A stretch of DNA of 64,000 nt from Candidatus Omnitrophota bacterium (GCA_023484085.1 JAMDAS010000017.1:1430-65429); one strand, 5' to 3'; shown: positions 10,741-21,603, counted from the stretch's first letter. A program made the numbers and translations. Notes: generated by a model from the letters alone, not told the origin.

Positions 10741-11427
10741 TTATTGTTCTAATAGTTGTATTATATTTTTAACGGCTTTTACAGGTTCACTGCTTTCAAT
10801 AACAGGTCTGCCCACAACAATAAAATCAGCACCAAAAGATACAGCCTGCTTTACACCCCCTACCCTTTTATGGTCATCTGCATATTCTGTTGTCCTGATA
10901 CCCGGGCATACCATAATAAATGGTTTTGGAAATATTGTCCTTAAGAAATCAAGGTCACTTACTGAACAGACGATTCCGTTCATCTTTTTTTCATATGCCA
11001 TGCTTGCAAGAAACATTGTTTCTTCTTTTAAGCTTCTCTTGATGCCCAGCATGGTAATGTCTTCATCTGAAAAAGACGTAAGAATTGTAACACCAAGAAC
11101 AATAGACCTGCTTTTGTTTTTTTCTTTTTCATTAAGAACAGCCTCAAGCATTCTTTCACCTGCCAACAGATGTATATTAAACATGTCTATGTTATATTCA
11201 AAAACAATTCTTGAGGCATTAGCAATAGTATTGGGTATGTCAAAAAATTTAAGGTCTAAAAATATTTTTTTCCCCTTTTTCTTTAGATATTCAATAATAG
11301 AGGGCCCGAATTTCAAAAATGGAATAATTCCGAGCTTAAACCAGTTGACGTATTTTTCTGTTACGTTAATAATCTCTTTTATCTTTTTTTCTTCATATAT
11401 ATCCAGACTTAATATTAATTCACACAT
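10741..11427 (-). CDS. pyrF: Orotidine 5'-phosphate decarboxylase
   Basis: LDLKFFDIPNT active-site motif. Start chosen at MCELILSLD. Confidence 0.8.
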   Translation of the reverse strand: MCELILSLDIYEEKKIKEIINVTEKYVNWFKLGIIPFLKFGPSIIEYLKKKGKKIFLDLKFFDIPNTIANASRIVFEYNIDMFNIHLLAGERMLEAVLNEKEKNKSRSIVLGVTILTSFSDEDITMLGIKRSLKEETMFLASMAYEKKMNGIVCSVSDLDFLRTIFPKPFIMVCPGIRTTEYADDHKRVGGVKQAVSFGADFIVVGRPVIESSEPVKAVKNIIQLLEQ

Positions 11428-12481
11428 TTTTTCTCCCTGTGCTTTCAAGAATAATAACACATATCAGTATAAGAATTATCTGGAAAATTACAAGAGAGCC
11501 TTCAAAGATATTAAGACTGCCAAGAAACAGGACAGGTATTCCGCAACAAAAAGTCAGGAGATAACAAAAAAGTATAGCCTGTTTTTTTGTCATTCCAAGA
11601 CGCATCAATCTATGTGATATATGATTTTTATCACCCTGGAAAATGGATTTTTTGTTTTTGAGCCGTATAATAACAACACCTATTGTATCAAAGAACGGGA
11701 CAGAAAGTATAATCAACGGGCTGAAAACAGGTAAAAAGCTTTTAGAGGGCTGGTAATGATAATATGTTCCCATAATTGCAATTATTCCAAGAAAGTATCC
11801 TATAAAGCTGCTTCCTGATTCACCCATAAAAATATTTGCGGGAGGGAAATTATAATATAAAAATCCTGCCATGGAACCTATAAAACAGGCAGAAAGAGTT
11901 GCAATAAATAATTGGCCCCGCATTACCGCAAAAATAAAAAATATTACGCCTGCTATCAATGCCACACCTGAAGAAAGTCCATCCATATGGTCCAAAAGAT
12001 TAAAGCTGTTCATACACAGGACCACCCAGAAAACAGTTAACAAAAAAACTATTCCCGGAACAGGTATAAAATTAACGCTAAAACCCATAAAAAACGTAAT
12101 AACACCGCAGATGAGCTGAAAAAAAAGTTTTTGATAGGAGCGAAAGTGATAAACGTCATCCAATAATCCAAAAAAAACAACAATTCCGGATACTATAACA
12201 ATATCAAAAATTTTTGGAAGTACTGACATAATCCCGTTATAATAGCTTGAAAGATGTATAAAGAAGAACCTTTTTAAAACAAGTCCTAAAAGTATGGTAA
12301 AAAGTATTGAAAAATACATACCCAGTCCACCGAGAAGCGGCATAGGCTTTAAATGAACCTTTTTCTGGGAGGGAAAATCCAGTACGTTAATGGAAAAAGC
12401 GAGCTTTTTTGAAACAGGAACCAATAAAAATGTAAATAATAAACTGGTAAAGAAAACCCCTGCATATACGTAATACCACAT
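11420..12481 (-). CDS. Glycosyltransferase family 4 (MraY/WecA-type polyprenyl-phosphate sugar-1-phosphate transferase)
   Basis: Polytopic membrane protein with NLLDHMDGLSSG motif. Start moved to ATG (MWYYVY), which is preceded by AGGAA. Confidence 0.65.
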   Translation of the reverse strand: MWYYVYAGVFFTSLLFTFLLVPVSKKLAFSINVLDFPSQKKVHLKPMPLLGGLGMYFSILFTILLGLVLKRFFFIHLSSYYNGIMSVLPKIFDIVIVSGIVVFFGLLDDVYHFRSYQKLFFQLICGVITFFMGFSVNFIPVPGIVFLLTVFWVVLCMNSFNLLDHMDGLSSGVALIAGVIFFIFAVMRGQLFIATLSACFIGSMAGFLYYNFPPANIFMGESGSSFIGYFLGIIAIMGTYYHYQPSKSFLPVFSPLIILSVPFFDTIGVVIIRLKNKKSIFQGDKNHISHRLMRLGMTKKQAILFCYLLTFCCGIPVLFLGSLNIFEGSLVIFQIILILICVIILESTGRKNV

Positions 12482-12494
12482 ATTATTCCTAATG

Positions 12495-14045
12495 TTATTT
12501 GGCAACTTCAATGTGCCTTTTTTCTCTTATCACAGTAACTTTTACCTGCCCGATATACGTCAAAGTTTTTTCTATCTCACGGGCTATATCCCGTGCCAAA
12601 AGAGACGCCTGCTGGTCACTTATTTCCTCAGGCTTTACAATAATCCTTACTTCCCTTCCGGCAGATATTGCATACGCCTGGTCCACTCCTTTAAAAGAAG
12701 AGGCGATTTTTTCCAGTTCCTCAACCCTTTTCAAATAGCTTTCAAGTGTATCTCTCCTTGCACCCGGTCGCGTTGCGGATAAAGCATCAGCAACCTGGAC
12801 AAGTACCGTATATGGTGATGAAATATCCAGGTCCTTGTGATGATTCATTGCTGCATCTATAACGTCTTTTTTTTCATTATACTTTTTTAATATATCAGCA
12901 CCAATTTCCGGATGGCTTCCTTCAACCTCCTGGTCAATTGCTTTTCCTATATCATGTAAAAGAGCAGTTCGTTTTGCAATCCCGGGGTCTAATCCTATTT
13001 CAGAAGCAAGCATACCTGCAAGAAAAGCGGATTCTTTTGTATGTTGGAGAACATTCTGCCCGTAGCTTGTCCTGTATTTAAGCCTTCCGATAAGCTTAAT
13101 CAATTCAGGATGAAGATTTTCCACACCAACCTCAAATGTTGCATTTTTACCTTCCTCATCTATTTTTTCTTCAATTTCCTGTTTAACCTTACTCACGACT
13201 TCTTCTATCCTGCCGGGATGGATTCTTTCATCAGCAATAAGTCTTTCAAGGGCAATCCTTGCTATTTCTCTCCTTAAGAAGCTAAAAGACGATATTGTAA
13301 TTGCCTGGGGTGTATCATCAACTATCAGGTCAACTCCGGTTACCGCCTCAAATGCTCTTATGTTTCTTCCTTCTCTTCCTATAATCCTGCCCTTGATTTC
13401 ATCATTTGGAAGGCTAACGACGGAAATTGTTGTTTCACTGGCTGTGTCAGAAGCAAGTCTTTGCATGGAAGTCAGAAGAATTTCTCTTGCTTTTTTATTC
13501 CCGATTTCTTTTGCCTCCTCTTCTATTTTACGAATAATGTTTATTCCATCGGTTCTTGCTTCCTGCTCCATCATTTTAATGAGAATGTTTTTGGCTTCCT
13601 CCCGTGAGACTGTTGAAATACCTTCCAATCTTTTCTTTTCTTCTTCAATTACGGATGAAAGCTCCTGTTGTTTTTTAGCAAGAACGTTTTCTTTTTCCAG
13701 AAAATTTGATTCCCTGTTTCTAAGCTCCCCTTCTTTTTTATCAATAATCTCGGATTTTCTTTCAATAAGAATTTCTCTCTGGTTTAACCTCTTTTCAAGA
13801 AACTGTAACTCTTTTCTTTTATTTCTTGTTTCCTTGTCAAATTCCGACCTTAACCTGTACAGGGTTTCTTTTGACTGGATGTCAATTTCCTTTTTCTTCA
13901 TGGAAGAAAGATTTTCTGCATCCCTGATAATTTCTTTGGCTCTTTCTTCAGCAGATTTTACCGTTCTTTCTCCAATATACCTTCGCCATAAATAGCCAAA
14001 AATAACACCAATACATATACTAAAAACACTTATAGGTATAATCAT
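12495..14045 (-). CDS. rny: Ribonuclease Y
   Basis: N-terminal TM helix, long coiled-coil, KH domain (IGREGRNIRAFE), HD domain (LLHDIGKA). Confidence 0.85.
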   Translation of the reverse strand: MIIPISVFSICIGVIFGYLWRRYIGERTVKSAEERAKEIIRDAENLSSMKKKEIDIQSKETLYRLRSEFDKETRNKRKELQFLEKRLNQREILIERKSEIIDKKEGELRNRESNFLEKENVLAKKQQELSSVIEEEKKRLEGISTVSREEAKNILIKMMEQEARTDGINIIRKIEEEAKEIGNKKAREILLTSMQRLASDTASETTISVVSLPNDEIKGRIIGREGRNIRAFEAVTGVDLIVDDTPQAITISSFSFLRREIARIALERLIADERIHPGRIEEVVSKVKQEIEEKIDEEGKNATFEVGVENLHPELIKLIGRLKYRTSYGQNVLQHTKESAFLAGMLASEIGLDPGIAKRTALLHDIGKAIDQEVEGSHPEIGADILKKYNEKKDVIDAAMNHHKDLDISSPYTVLVQVADALSATRPGARRDTLESYLKRVEELEKIASSFKGVDQAYAISAGREVRIIVKPEEISDQQASLLARDIAREIEKTLTYIGQVKVTVIREKRHIEVAK

Positions 14046-14132
14046 TATTAAAACCTCCCGTATGTATAGACAGGCAAGAAAGAAAACAGGCAGGTAAAAA
14101 AACAGAATATTATTCTCAGAACACTTCAGTTT

Positions 14133-15710
14133 CTAACATCGGACAAGTTTAATCCGCCATATTCCGGAAAATTTTTCTATTTCTTTTATTGTTTGTTTGT
14201 CAATTTCTGAATCAAGATTCAAAACAGTAATTGCCTGACCTCCCTTTTCCTTTCTTCCAAGCGTCATAGAAGCAATATTTACGTTCTTTTTTCCAATAAT
14301 AGTGCCTATATAACCCATTAAACCGGGTTTATCATCATTTAAACAAATAAGCAGATAACCCTGTGGTATGGCTTCAACGTCAAAATCATTAATCTTTACG
14401 ATTTTAAGTTTTTCTGATACGACGGTTCCTGTAACAGAAATAGACTCGTTTGAATATTTTGCCTCTAATCTAATAGTAGTAAAAAATTCCCCTGCTGATT
14501 TATTTTTTATCTCATTCAGTTTAATACCCTTTTCTCTCAATATAAGCGGCGCATTTACATAAGTTACAGGACAAAATCTTTCCAAAAATCCTTTTAAAAC
14601 ATACGCCCGCAACGGACTGACGTCATAATTAACAATTTCACCTGCATATTCTATTATCAGGGATTCAGGAATATCATCCAATAACTGGCTTAAAAATATA
14701 CCAAGTTTTTCAGAAAGAGTCAGATACCCTTTCATTTTTTCATACAATTTTTCATCCATCGTCGACATATTTATGGCATTTCTTATGATTTTTTTCTGTA
14801 TTGCCTCTATAATCTGCTGGCATATATCCCTTGCAACGTTTACCTGCGCCTCCCTTGTGGAAGCACCAAGATGAGGAGTAACAACTGCATTATCTAATTT
14901 TAACAGTTCACTTTCAAGTGGAGGCTCTTTCTCAAAAACATCCAAAGCAACCCCCCTGACCTTTCCATTTTTAATGTATTTTATAAGAATGTCCTCATCT
15001 ATAAGTCCCCCTCTCGCCACGTTTACAATCATCACCCCATCCTTCATGATAAAAAACTGTTTTTCTGAAAGAAGGTGTTTTGTTTCAGGTACAAGTGGTG
15101 TATGAACAGAAATAATATCAGACTGCATACACAACCCTTCAAGAGTCATGAGACTTATGTTTAACGACAGGGCATCCTCTTCTGTCATGTATGGGTCATA
15201 ACCAAGAACCTTCATTCCAAGGGAATGAGCAATAGATGCAACTCTTTTTCCAATTCTTCCCAGTCCGATAATACCAATAATCTTCCCGAATAATTCAGTT
15301 CCCATAAATCTGTTTCTTTCCCATTTCCCGGTTTTCAATGAAGCATCAGCCTGGGGAATGTTTCTTGCAAGAGAAAGAATAAGCCCGATAGTATGCTCTG
15401 AGGCTGAAAGCGTATTGCCTTCCGGCGCATTCATAACAAGAATACCTTTTGCAGTGGCGGTTTTCACGTCAACATTATCAACACCAACACCCGCCCTGCC
15501 GATAATTTTAAGATTATCAGCCTTTTCTATGACAGAAGATGGAACCCTGGTTCCGCTCCGGACAATAAGAACGTCATACCTGCCTATAATTTTTTCAAGT
15601 TCCTCAACAGAAAGTTTACCCTTTTCATCAACCTCAAAATTTGCTTTCTTTAAAATAGAGGTGCCTTCCTGCTCCAAATTGTCTGTTACAAGTACCTTTG
15701 TATTTCCCAT
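14133..15710 (-). CDS. serA: D-3-phosphoglycerate dehydrogenase
   Basis: 2-hydroxyacid dehydrogenase NAD-binding GLGRIGKRVA. Length 525 aa with C-terminal ASB/ACT-type extension. Confidence 0.85.
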   Translation of the reverse strand: MGNTKVLVTDNLEQEGTSILKKANFEVDEKGKLSVEELEKIIGRYDVLIVRSGTRVPSSVIEKADNLKIIGRAGVGVDNVDVKTATAKGILVMNAPEGNTLSASEHTIGLILSLARNIPQADASLKTGKWERNRFMGTELFGKIIGIIGLGRIGKRVASIAHSLGMKVLGYDPYMTEEDALSLNISLMTLEGLCMQSDIISVHTPLVPETKHLLSEKQFFIMKDGVMIVNVARGGLIDEDILIKYIKNGKVRGVALDVFEKEPPLESELLKLDNAVVTPHLGASTREAQVNVARDICQQIIEAIQKKIIRNAINMSTMDEKLYEKMKGYLTLSEKLGIFLSQLLDDIPESLIIEYAGEIVNYDVSPLRAYVLKGFLERFCPVTYVNAPLILREKGIKLNEIKNKSAGEFFTTIRLEAKYSNESISVTGTVVSEKLKIVKINDFDVEAIPQGYLLICLNDDKPGLMGYIGTIIGKKNVNIASMTLGRKEKGGQAITVLNLDSEIDKQTIKEIEKFSGIWRIKLVRC

Positions 15711-15784
15711 TTTTATCCTGTAATCAGTCTAAAAGACAAATTATATCCTATAGAATTTCTTCCGTCAAAAATTGGGTGTTATTT

Positions 15785-16546
15785 TTACACATCTACTGTC
15801 ATTCCATCATAAGCGGCAATTACATCCACACCTGTTTTTTCTTTCATTTCCTCTTCTTTTTCCCATATTTTGTTTTTTAACATTGACATCCCGAAATGGG
15901 TTAAAACCGCTTTTCCCGGTTTTATTGCAGATATTATGTTCAATGCTTCAGAAAGGCACATATGAAGAATCCCTTCCCTCTTTTCATAAAAAACCACGCT
16001 GATTATCAAAATATCGGTATTTTTATAATAATCAACAAGATGTGGAAAATATTCAGTATCAGGAATATAAGATATTACAGGAATTTTTTCTGAATAAATT
16101 TTAAAACCATAGGTTTCACAACCATGATTTTGTCCAATTCCTGTTTCAATTTCAACATTATTAATTTTATATCTGACGCCAGGTATCAAAATTTCAATTT
16201 TATCAAGAAATTTACGGGTATATTGAAAAACAACAGGGTCATCTTTTAAAGCATCTTCAGGGCATAAAAGGGTTCCCCTTTTCTTGAAACCCCCGTCTGT
16301 CATTACTTCAATCATTACGTTTACATCGCCTGAATGATCAAGGTGCCTGTGTGAAAGATATATGGCGTCAAGGTTATCCAGGGGAAGTTTTGGCCTGGTT
16401 TTATTAACCCTTACGATTGTCCCCGGTCCAGGGTCTACGATAAAATTTGTCCCATGGAGAGAAAACCATATTCCGGCAGATGCCCGTAATTGTTTTATCA
16501 TAACAAAACGGGCGCCTGCGGTACCAAGAAATTTTATGAAGTCCAA
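15785..16546 (-). CDS. MBL-fold metallo-hydrolase
   Basis: HRHLDHSGD metal-binding motif. Confidence 0.6.
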   Translation of the reverse strand: MDFIKFLGTAGARFVMIKQLRASAGIWFSLHGTNFIVDPGPGTIVRVNKTRPKLPLDNLDAIYLSHRHLDHSGDVNVMIEVMTDGGFKKRGTLLCPEDALKDDPVVFQYTRKFLDKIEILIPGVRYKINNVEIETGIGQNHGCETYGFKIYSEKIPVISYIPDTEYFPHLVDYYKNTDILIISVVFYEKREGILHMCLSEALNIISAIKPGKAVLTHFGMSMLKNKIWEKEEEMKEKTGVDVIAAYDGMTVDV

Positions 16547-16549
16547 TTT

Positions 16550-17791
16550 TTAAGAGAAGTTTAGTTTTTCCAAAAAGGATTTTAATTTATCAATCTTGGG
16601 GGAACGTTTAAGTTTTAACACTGCCTTGCTTTCAATCTGTCTTATTCTTTCCCGGGTAAGGTCAAAATATTTACCAACCTCTTCAAGAGTCCTTGGGTAT
16701 CCCTCTTCATCCAGGCCAAATCTCAGTCTTAAAATTTTTTCCTCTCTCTCATCAAGAATTTCAAATGCTTTTTCAAATTCCTCCCGTAATAAACTTATGT
16801 TTGTATAGCTAAGTGGAGTTGCATTCTCCGCATCCCGGATAAAGTCACCTATAGTTGCTCTTTCCTCATCACCAACAGGCATATCAAGAGATATGGGTTC
16901 AGGTCTCATTGAACGACGTATTTTTTTTATCTTATCAAGACTTATGTTTACTGCTTCAGCAACCTCCTCATCTGTAGGGTCCCTGTCAAGATCCTGGAAT
17001 AAAACCCTTGAAACCTTATTCACTTTATTAATCTTCTCAATCATATGAACGGGTATTCTTATAGTTGCCGAATGGTCAGCAATAGCCCTCGTTATTGCCT
17101 GGCGTATCCACCATGTGGCATAAGTGCTGAATTTAAATCCTTCCTTGTATCTGAATTTTTCAACCGCTTTCATTAATCCAATGTTTCCCTCCTGGATAAG
17201 GTCCCTTAAAGATAATTTTGGATTTGTATATTTTTTTGCAATACTTATTACAAGTCTTAGATTTGCCTGGATAAGTTTATTCCGTGAAACATTAAAATCT
17301 TCTTCAGCCAACATAATCTCTGCATCTATTCTGTGGTCCCCATTACTTTTTTTTATCAGGGAGTTCATTCGCTTTTTCTTGTTTTCCATTTCCTTTGCAA
17401 GTGTTACCTCTTCAGCAGATTTTAAAAGAGCATAGCTTCCTGCATCTTTCAGATAAGACTTCAGAGGATTACGAACGTCATCAAGGTCTATCTTGGCTTC
17501 TTCCTCTTTCTCAATCTCTTCAGTCTGTTCAATATTTTCTTCAATATCTATTCCAAAATCTTCCAATTCATCAAATAATTCATCAATTCTTTCCCCGGGT
17601 GTATCAATGGGTAAAAACTGGTTAATTTCATCCAATGAAATAGTTTTTTTCTTTTTCCCCAGGGCAAAAATCTCATCTCTTGCCTCGCTGAATCTTTCTT
17701 CAAATATATATTCCTTGTTTTTCTTTTTGGGTTTATTAAACGACCCTTTTTGTTCTATCACTTTATTTTTCAACAACCCTTTCTTTGCCAT
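16550..17791 (-). CDS. rpoD: RNA polymerase sigma-70 factor RpoD
   Basis: Regions 2-4 conserved ([31 protein letters not shown]). Acidic N-terminal region 1. Confidence 0.9.
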   Translation of the reverse strand: MAKKGLLKNKVIEQKGSFNKPKKKNKEYIFEERFSEARDEIFALGKKKKTISLDEINQFLPIDTPGERIDELFDELEDFGIDIEENIEQTEEIEKEEEAKIDLDDVRNPLKSYLKDAGSYALLKSAEEVTLAKEMENKKKRMNSLIKKSNGDHRIDAEIMLAEEDFNVSRNKLIQANLRLVISIAKKYTNPKLSLRDLIQEGNIGLMKAVEKFRYKEGFKFSTYATWWIRQAITRAIADHSATIRIPVHMIEKINKVNKVSRVLFQDLDRDPTDEEVAEAVNISLDKIKKIRRSMRPEPISLDMPVGDEERATIGDFIRDAENATPLSYTNISLLREEFEKAFEILDEREEKILRLRFGLDEEGYPRTLEEVGKYFDLTRERIRQIESKAVLKLKRSPKIDKLKSFLEKLNFS

Positions 17792-19654
17792 TTAAACTCC
17801 TCCACCTCTTAAGCGGTAATATAATGTTTGTATTTCATTTAGCTCCAAATCAATGGATTCCTGGTTTTCCTCTTTATGTTTGATTGTTTTTTTAAGTTCA
17901 TCAATTTTTTTAGTATATACGGTTTTTGACATTACGGATACGCACTCATTAAAAATTTTTTCTTTTTTTTCCTTGTTAATTTCCTCGGATGCAAATGCAA
18001 ACTGTGATATAAAATTTATTGTATTCTCTTCCTGGAACTGTGAAACAAACGTTGAAAATTTAACACCTGATTCCCTGTTTTGTAAAGAAAATTCCAAAAA
18101 GTTTTTTATGTTCTCTGATAAAATATCCTTTCTGTTTATGATATTATTATAGAAACCAGGCTCCTGAAGAATAATCTCTATCAACAGTTTTTCTGCAACG
18201 TTATAAGACGAAACTTTTTTTACCGGCTTTTTTTCTTCCCTGTCTGGATCATTTACTTTAAGAGATTTTATCCTGTCAAATAAATCTTTTTCCTCTATGT
18301 TTAACATTTCCGACATTTTTTTGACATATATTTTCTGTTCAATCGTGTCAGGAATAAGTTCTATCAGTCTTAAGATTTCTGCAGCAAGTTTTGCCTTCCC
18401 TTTTGCACTTCCCGTATCATAAACCTGGGACCCAAGGGCTATTTTATATTCAACAAAATCTTTTGCTTCATTGATAAAATTCCTGAATGCATTTATGCCA
18501 TAGTTGTCAACAAAAGTATCAGGGTCAAAACCCATGGGGATAGGTACTATTTTAACATCAAACCCATTTCTAAGAATAGGCTCTAAACTTCTCAATGTTG
18601 CAGAACTACCAGCCTGGTCAGGGTCAAAACCCATGGGGATAGGTACTATTTTAACATCAAACCCATTTCTAAGAATAGGCTCTAAACTTCTCAATGTTGC
18701 AGAACTACCAGCCTGGTCAGGGTCAAAAACAAGAAGTATTTTTTCTGTCCATCTTTTAAGGGCTTTTAAATGAAAATCCGTCAGGGCCGTACCGAGAGGA
18801 GCAACAACGTTTTCAAGCCCATTGATATGAAGTTTCAGAAGGTCAAAATATCCTTCCACAATAATTACGAATCCCTGTTTCTTTATACTTTCCTTTGCCC
18901 AGTTTAAACCATAAAGAACCTGTCCCTTTTTAAATACATCATTTTCTGCAGTATTAAGATATTTGGGCTGAACGTTTTCATCTAAGGCTCTTCCCCCAAA
19001 ACCAATGACGTTATCCTTTATGTCAAATATCGGGATAATAAGTCTGTTCCTGAAATAATCCGTCAATTTCCCGGATTGGGGTTCATCCCTGGAAAAACTT
19101 TTTAAAATAAGCCCTGCTGAAATAAATTTTTCATAAGGGGCATCCTTTTCATCCAAATAACGTAAAAAACTATTACCTCCCGGGGCATATCCAAAAGAAA
19201 AACGTTTAAAACTTTCCTCTGAAAATCCACGTGAAGAAAGATACTCTAAAGAATTTTTATTTTGTCCAAGATTTTCAGAAAAAAATCTGACTGACAGCCT
19301 GTTCACTTCTAAAATATCATTCCTTTTTTTATTTTCCCCTGCCGTAATGCCCGGGATATATGCAAGTTTTATACCTGCAGTATTAGCAGCATTATAAACA
19401 GCCTCTGAAAAATCAGTATTTTCAATTTTCATGAGAAAATTTATAACGTTCCCCCCTGCTCCACATCCAAAACAATGAAAAATCTGTTTTTCAGGGCTTA
19501 CTAAAAAAGATGGGGTCTTTTCTTCATGAAAAGGACAGTTGGCTTTATAATTTCTGCCGGATTTTTTGAGAGTAATATATTTTGATACTACCTCATAAAT
19601 ATCTAATTTTTCAATTATTTCTGTAATTTTGCTCTGCGGAATCAATCGCTCCAT
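17792..19654 (-). CDS. dnaG: DNA primase DnaG (contains in-frame 33-aa tandem duplication)
   Basis: Zn-ribbon CPFHEEKTPSF...HCFGCGAGGN; TOPRIM motif LLVFDPDQAG. Immediately upstream of rpoD in the conserved dnaG-rpoD arrangement. Confidence 0.9.
   Translation of the reverse strand: MERLIPQSKITEIIEKLDIYEVVSKYITLKKSGRNYKANCPFHEEKTPSFLVSPEKQIFHCFGCGAGGNVINFLMKIENTDFSEAVYNAANTAGIKLAYIPGITAGENKKRNDILEVNRLSVRFFSENLGQNKNSLEYLSSRGFSEESFKRFSFGYAPGGNSFLRYLDEKDAPYEKFISAGLILKSFSRDEPQSGKLTDYFRNRLIIPIFDIKDNVIGFGGRALDENVQPKYLNTAENDVFKKGQVLYGLNWAKESIKKQGFVIIVEGYFDLLKLHINGLENVVAPLGTALTDFHLKALKRWTEKILLVFDPDQAGSSATLRSLEPILRNGFDVKIVPIPMGFDPDQAGSSATLRSLEPILRNGFDVKIVPIPMGFDPDTFVDNYGINAFRNFINEAKDFVEYKIALGSQVYDTGSAKGKAKLAAEILRLIELIPDTIEQKIYVKKMSEMLNIEEKDLFDRIKSLKVNDPDREEKKPVKKVSSYNVAEKLLIEIILQEPGFYNNIINRKDILSENIKNFLEFSLQNRESGVKFSTFVSQFQEENTINFISQFAFASEEINKEKKEKIFNECVSVMSKTVYTKKIDELKKTIKHKEENQESIDLELNEIQTLYYRLRGGGV
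18519..18730. repeat. Perfect 99-bp direct tandem repeat (2 full copies + ~12 bp) inside dnaG
   Basis: Unit agggtcaaaacccatggggataggtac...cagcctggtc is repeated identically. It duplicates DPDQAGSSATLRSLEPILRNGFDVKIVPIPMGF in frame. Confidence 0.9.
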
Positions 19655-19757
19655 GTTTTATAATTTTCCTTTGATGTTAAATAAAGTTATACAAAGTTAT
19701 ACCTATAAATTTTAAAATTGTCAATAGAGCGATGTAGTTGATAAAACATCCAGAGTT

Positions 19758-21215
19758 TTATCCCAGAAATTTTCTCAAACTTGCTGCTCTTAGAACATAC
19801 TCTCCCAAATCTTCCAATTTGTTTTCTCTTAATAAATACGCAATACGATTGGTTATTTCTTTATGTTCTTCATCTGATTGAAAATCTACTGGAAAATCTC
19901 TAATTTTTACTTCAATGTCTTTTGATAAAAAACCAGTATCCGGATTAAGATATTTGATAGCATCCCTTAAATCCTCTTCAAAATTTACATAAACTTCTTT
20001 GATGAATCGAATGTCATCTTCACTCAAAGCATTCAAACCAAGAATTTCAGGTGGTAAACCTATGGAATAAAGAGCCGACGTAAATGTTATTGCCCTTGGT
20101 AATATAATCCCTCCTATATTACGTGAATAACCAAATAATCCTATATGTAATTTTCTTTTTCTTCTACCTGGAACATACCTTGCAATTTTATTAATCACTG
20201 GCGCTAATATTGTCAGTTTATTTTGATATTCCCGGGTATATTTCCTTATTATCTCCATGCATCTCTTTTCATCTACTTCCTGGGGTAAACCAGTTTTTCT
20301 TTTTTGCAGTTTTTTTATACCTTCCCTAACTTCATCGGGAGGATTGTCATATTTGAATGCAGATTGAATGGTAAATGTATAAGCACTTGGATATTCTTCT
20401 GCAATTCTTTCCACTGTTTTTGGCTTGAGATTGCCTCTGAAAGGGGCTGAACCCACACCAACAATAGGATATATTTTAACGCCAATATCTTCTGATAATC
20501 TTTGAAACCTCTTAAGCGCAATTTTATTCAACAGAACTGCACTAATTAATCCATAGTTCATTGCCGGATCGGACCTCGCCAGAAAAACCCTTTGATATTC
20601 CACATTTTTATCCTGCAAGTATTTCCTTGTTATGTTGTCAGCATCAAGCATGTGTTCTATATCTTCAAACAAAGGAATAACATTGATTTTTTCAGGCTTG
20701 AAGTCTCCAATCCATTCAGCAATCGTTATATCCCCATTTCTGAATGGTTTATTACGTTTTCCTATGACAAAATCGCAATAGTACCTGTAGATTCTATCAA
20801 TACACTTATAAGAAGCGGTCATTGGTAATATAACTTCAAATATCGGGGGTATATCGTCTTTATAAAATAGATTGGCAGCGTCAAATGATCTAGGTATACT
20901 TTCCAATGTTTCCAATAAAATTTTCGCTTCTGCTTTCTCTACGGTTGGATTTGGAACCCTTAAAGTTATAAACACATCCCTGCCTAATCTTTTTTCTCTG
21001 AAAAACAGTTCATATTTTGTCAATAATTTTTTAACCACAAAATTATCAACTTCCTTTCCTTCACAATCCCACATTTGTTCATCACAATCTAAATAAGAAA
21101 AAGTATAGTATGCTTCCTGTATCTCATCTTCTCCCCCCAAATTCAGTGTTTTCGCAAAAAACGGGGAATTTACATTATCAGGATGCTGAGTACTCATACA
21201 TCTTGGTATTTTCAT
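19758..21215 (-). CDS. ppcA: Archaeal-type phosphoenolpyruvate carboxylase (PpcA, PEPcase_2 family)
   Basis: N-terminus MKIPRCMSTQHPDN is the hallmark start of ~480-500 aa archaeal-type PEPC. Length 485 aa. Confidence 0.7.
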   Translation of the reverse strand: MKIPRCMSTQHPDNVNSPFFAKTLNLGGEDEIQEAYYTFSYLDCDEQMWDCEGKEVDNFVVKKLLTKYELFFREKRLGRDVFITLRVPNPTVEKAEAKILLETLESIPRSFDAANLFYKDDIPPIFEVILPMTASYKCIDRIYRYYCDFVIGKRNKPFRNGDITIAEWIGDFKPEKINVIPLFEDIEHMLDADNITRKYLQDKNVEYQRVFLARSDPAMNYGLISAVLLNKIALKRFQRLSEDIGVKIYPIVGVGSAPFRGNLKPKTVERIAEEYPSAYTFTIQSAFKYDNPPDEVREGIKKLQKRKTGLPQEVDEKRCMEIIRKYTREYQNKLTILAPVINKIARYVPGRRKRKLHIGLFGYSRNIGGIILPRAITFTSALYSIGLPPEILGLNALSEDDIRFIKEVYVNFEEDLRDAIKYLNPDTGFLSKDIEVKIRDFPVDFQSDEEHKEITNRIAYLLRENKLEDLGEYVLRAASLRKFLG

Positions 21216-21228
21216 AATTTTCCTTTAT

Positions 21229-21603
21229 TTATTTTTCAATTATTTTTTCAACTATCCATTCGTTTGAAATCCATAAACCAATTATCCGGACAAAAGGGAT
21301 TAAATTTTTCAACCTATCTACTGCAATACCAATATCTTTCTTGTGAGATTTATCATCAACCGGATTGCCTGCACAATCATAATGTCCTGCTAAAAAAAGA
21401 ATAGATGAATTATGTTTTTCAATGGAAATCTCTATTTTCAAAAGAATATTATTTATATCTTTATTTTCATTTGCTAAAATACCATCCATTCCAGGATCTG
21501 TAATCATATCAACATAATCAATACCATAATTCTTCTTTATCCAATTAATTACTGGTATCTGTACTCTTCCATCAATACAATTCAAACAGGTGGCAAATCC
21601 CAT
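21229..21603 (-). CDS. Small beta-carbonic-anhydrase-like zinc-site protein (hypothetical)
   Basis: C-x-D-x-R (CIDGR) then H-x-x-C (HYDCAG) ~66 aa later, matching beta-CA zinc ligand/dyad spacing. Only 124 aa. Sits 14 bp upstream of ppcA on the same strand. Confidence 0.35.
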   Translation of the reverse strand: MGFATCLNCIDGRVQIPVINWIKKNYGIDYVDMITDPGMDGILANENKDINNILLKIEISIEKHNSSILFLAGHYDCAGNPVDDKSHKKDIGIAVDRLKNLIPFVRIIGLWISNEWIVEKIIEK

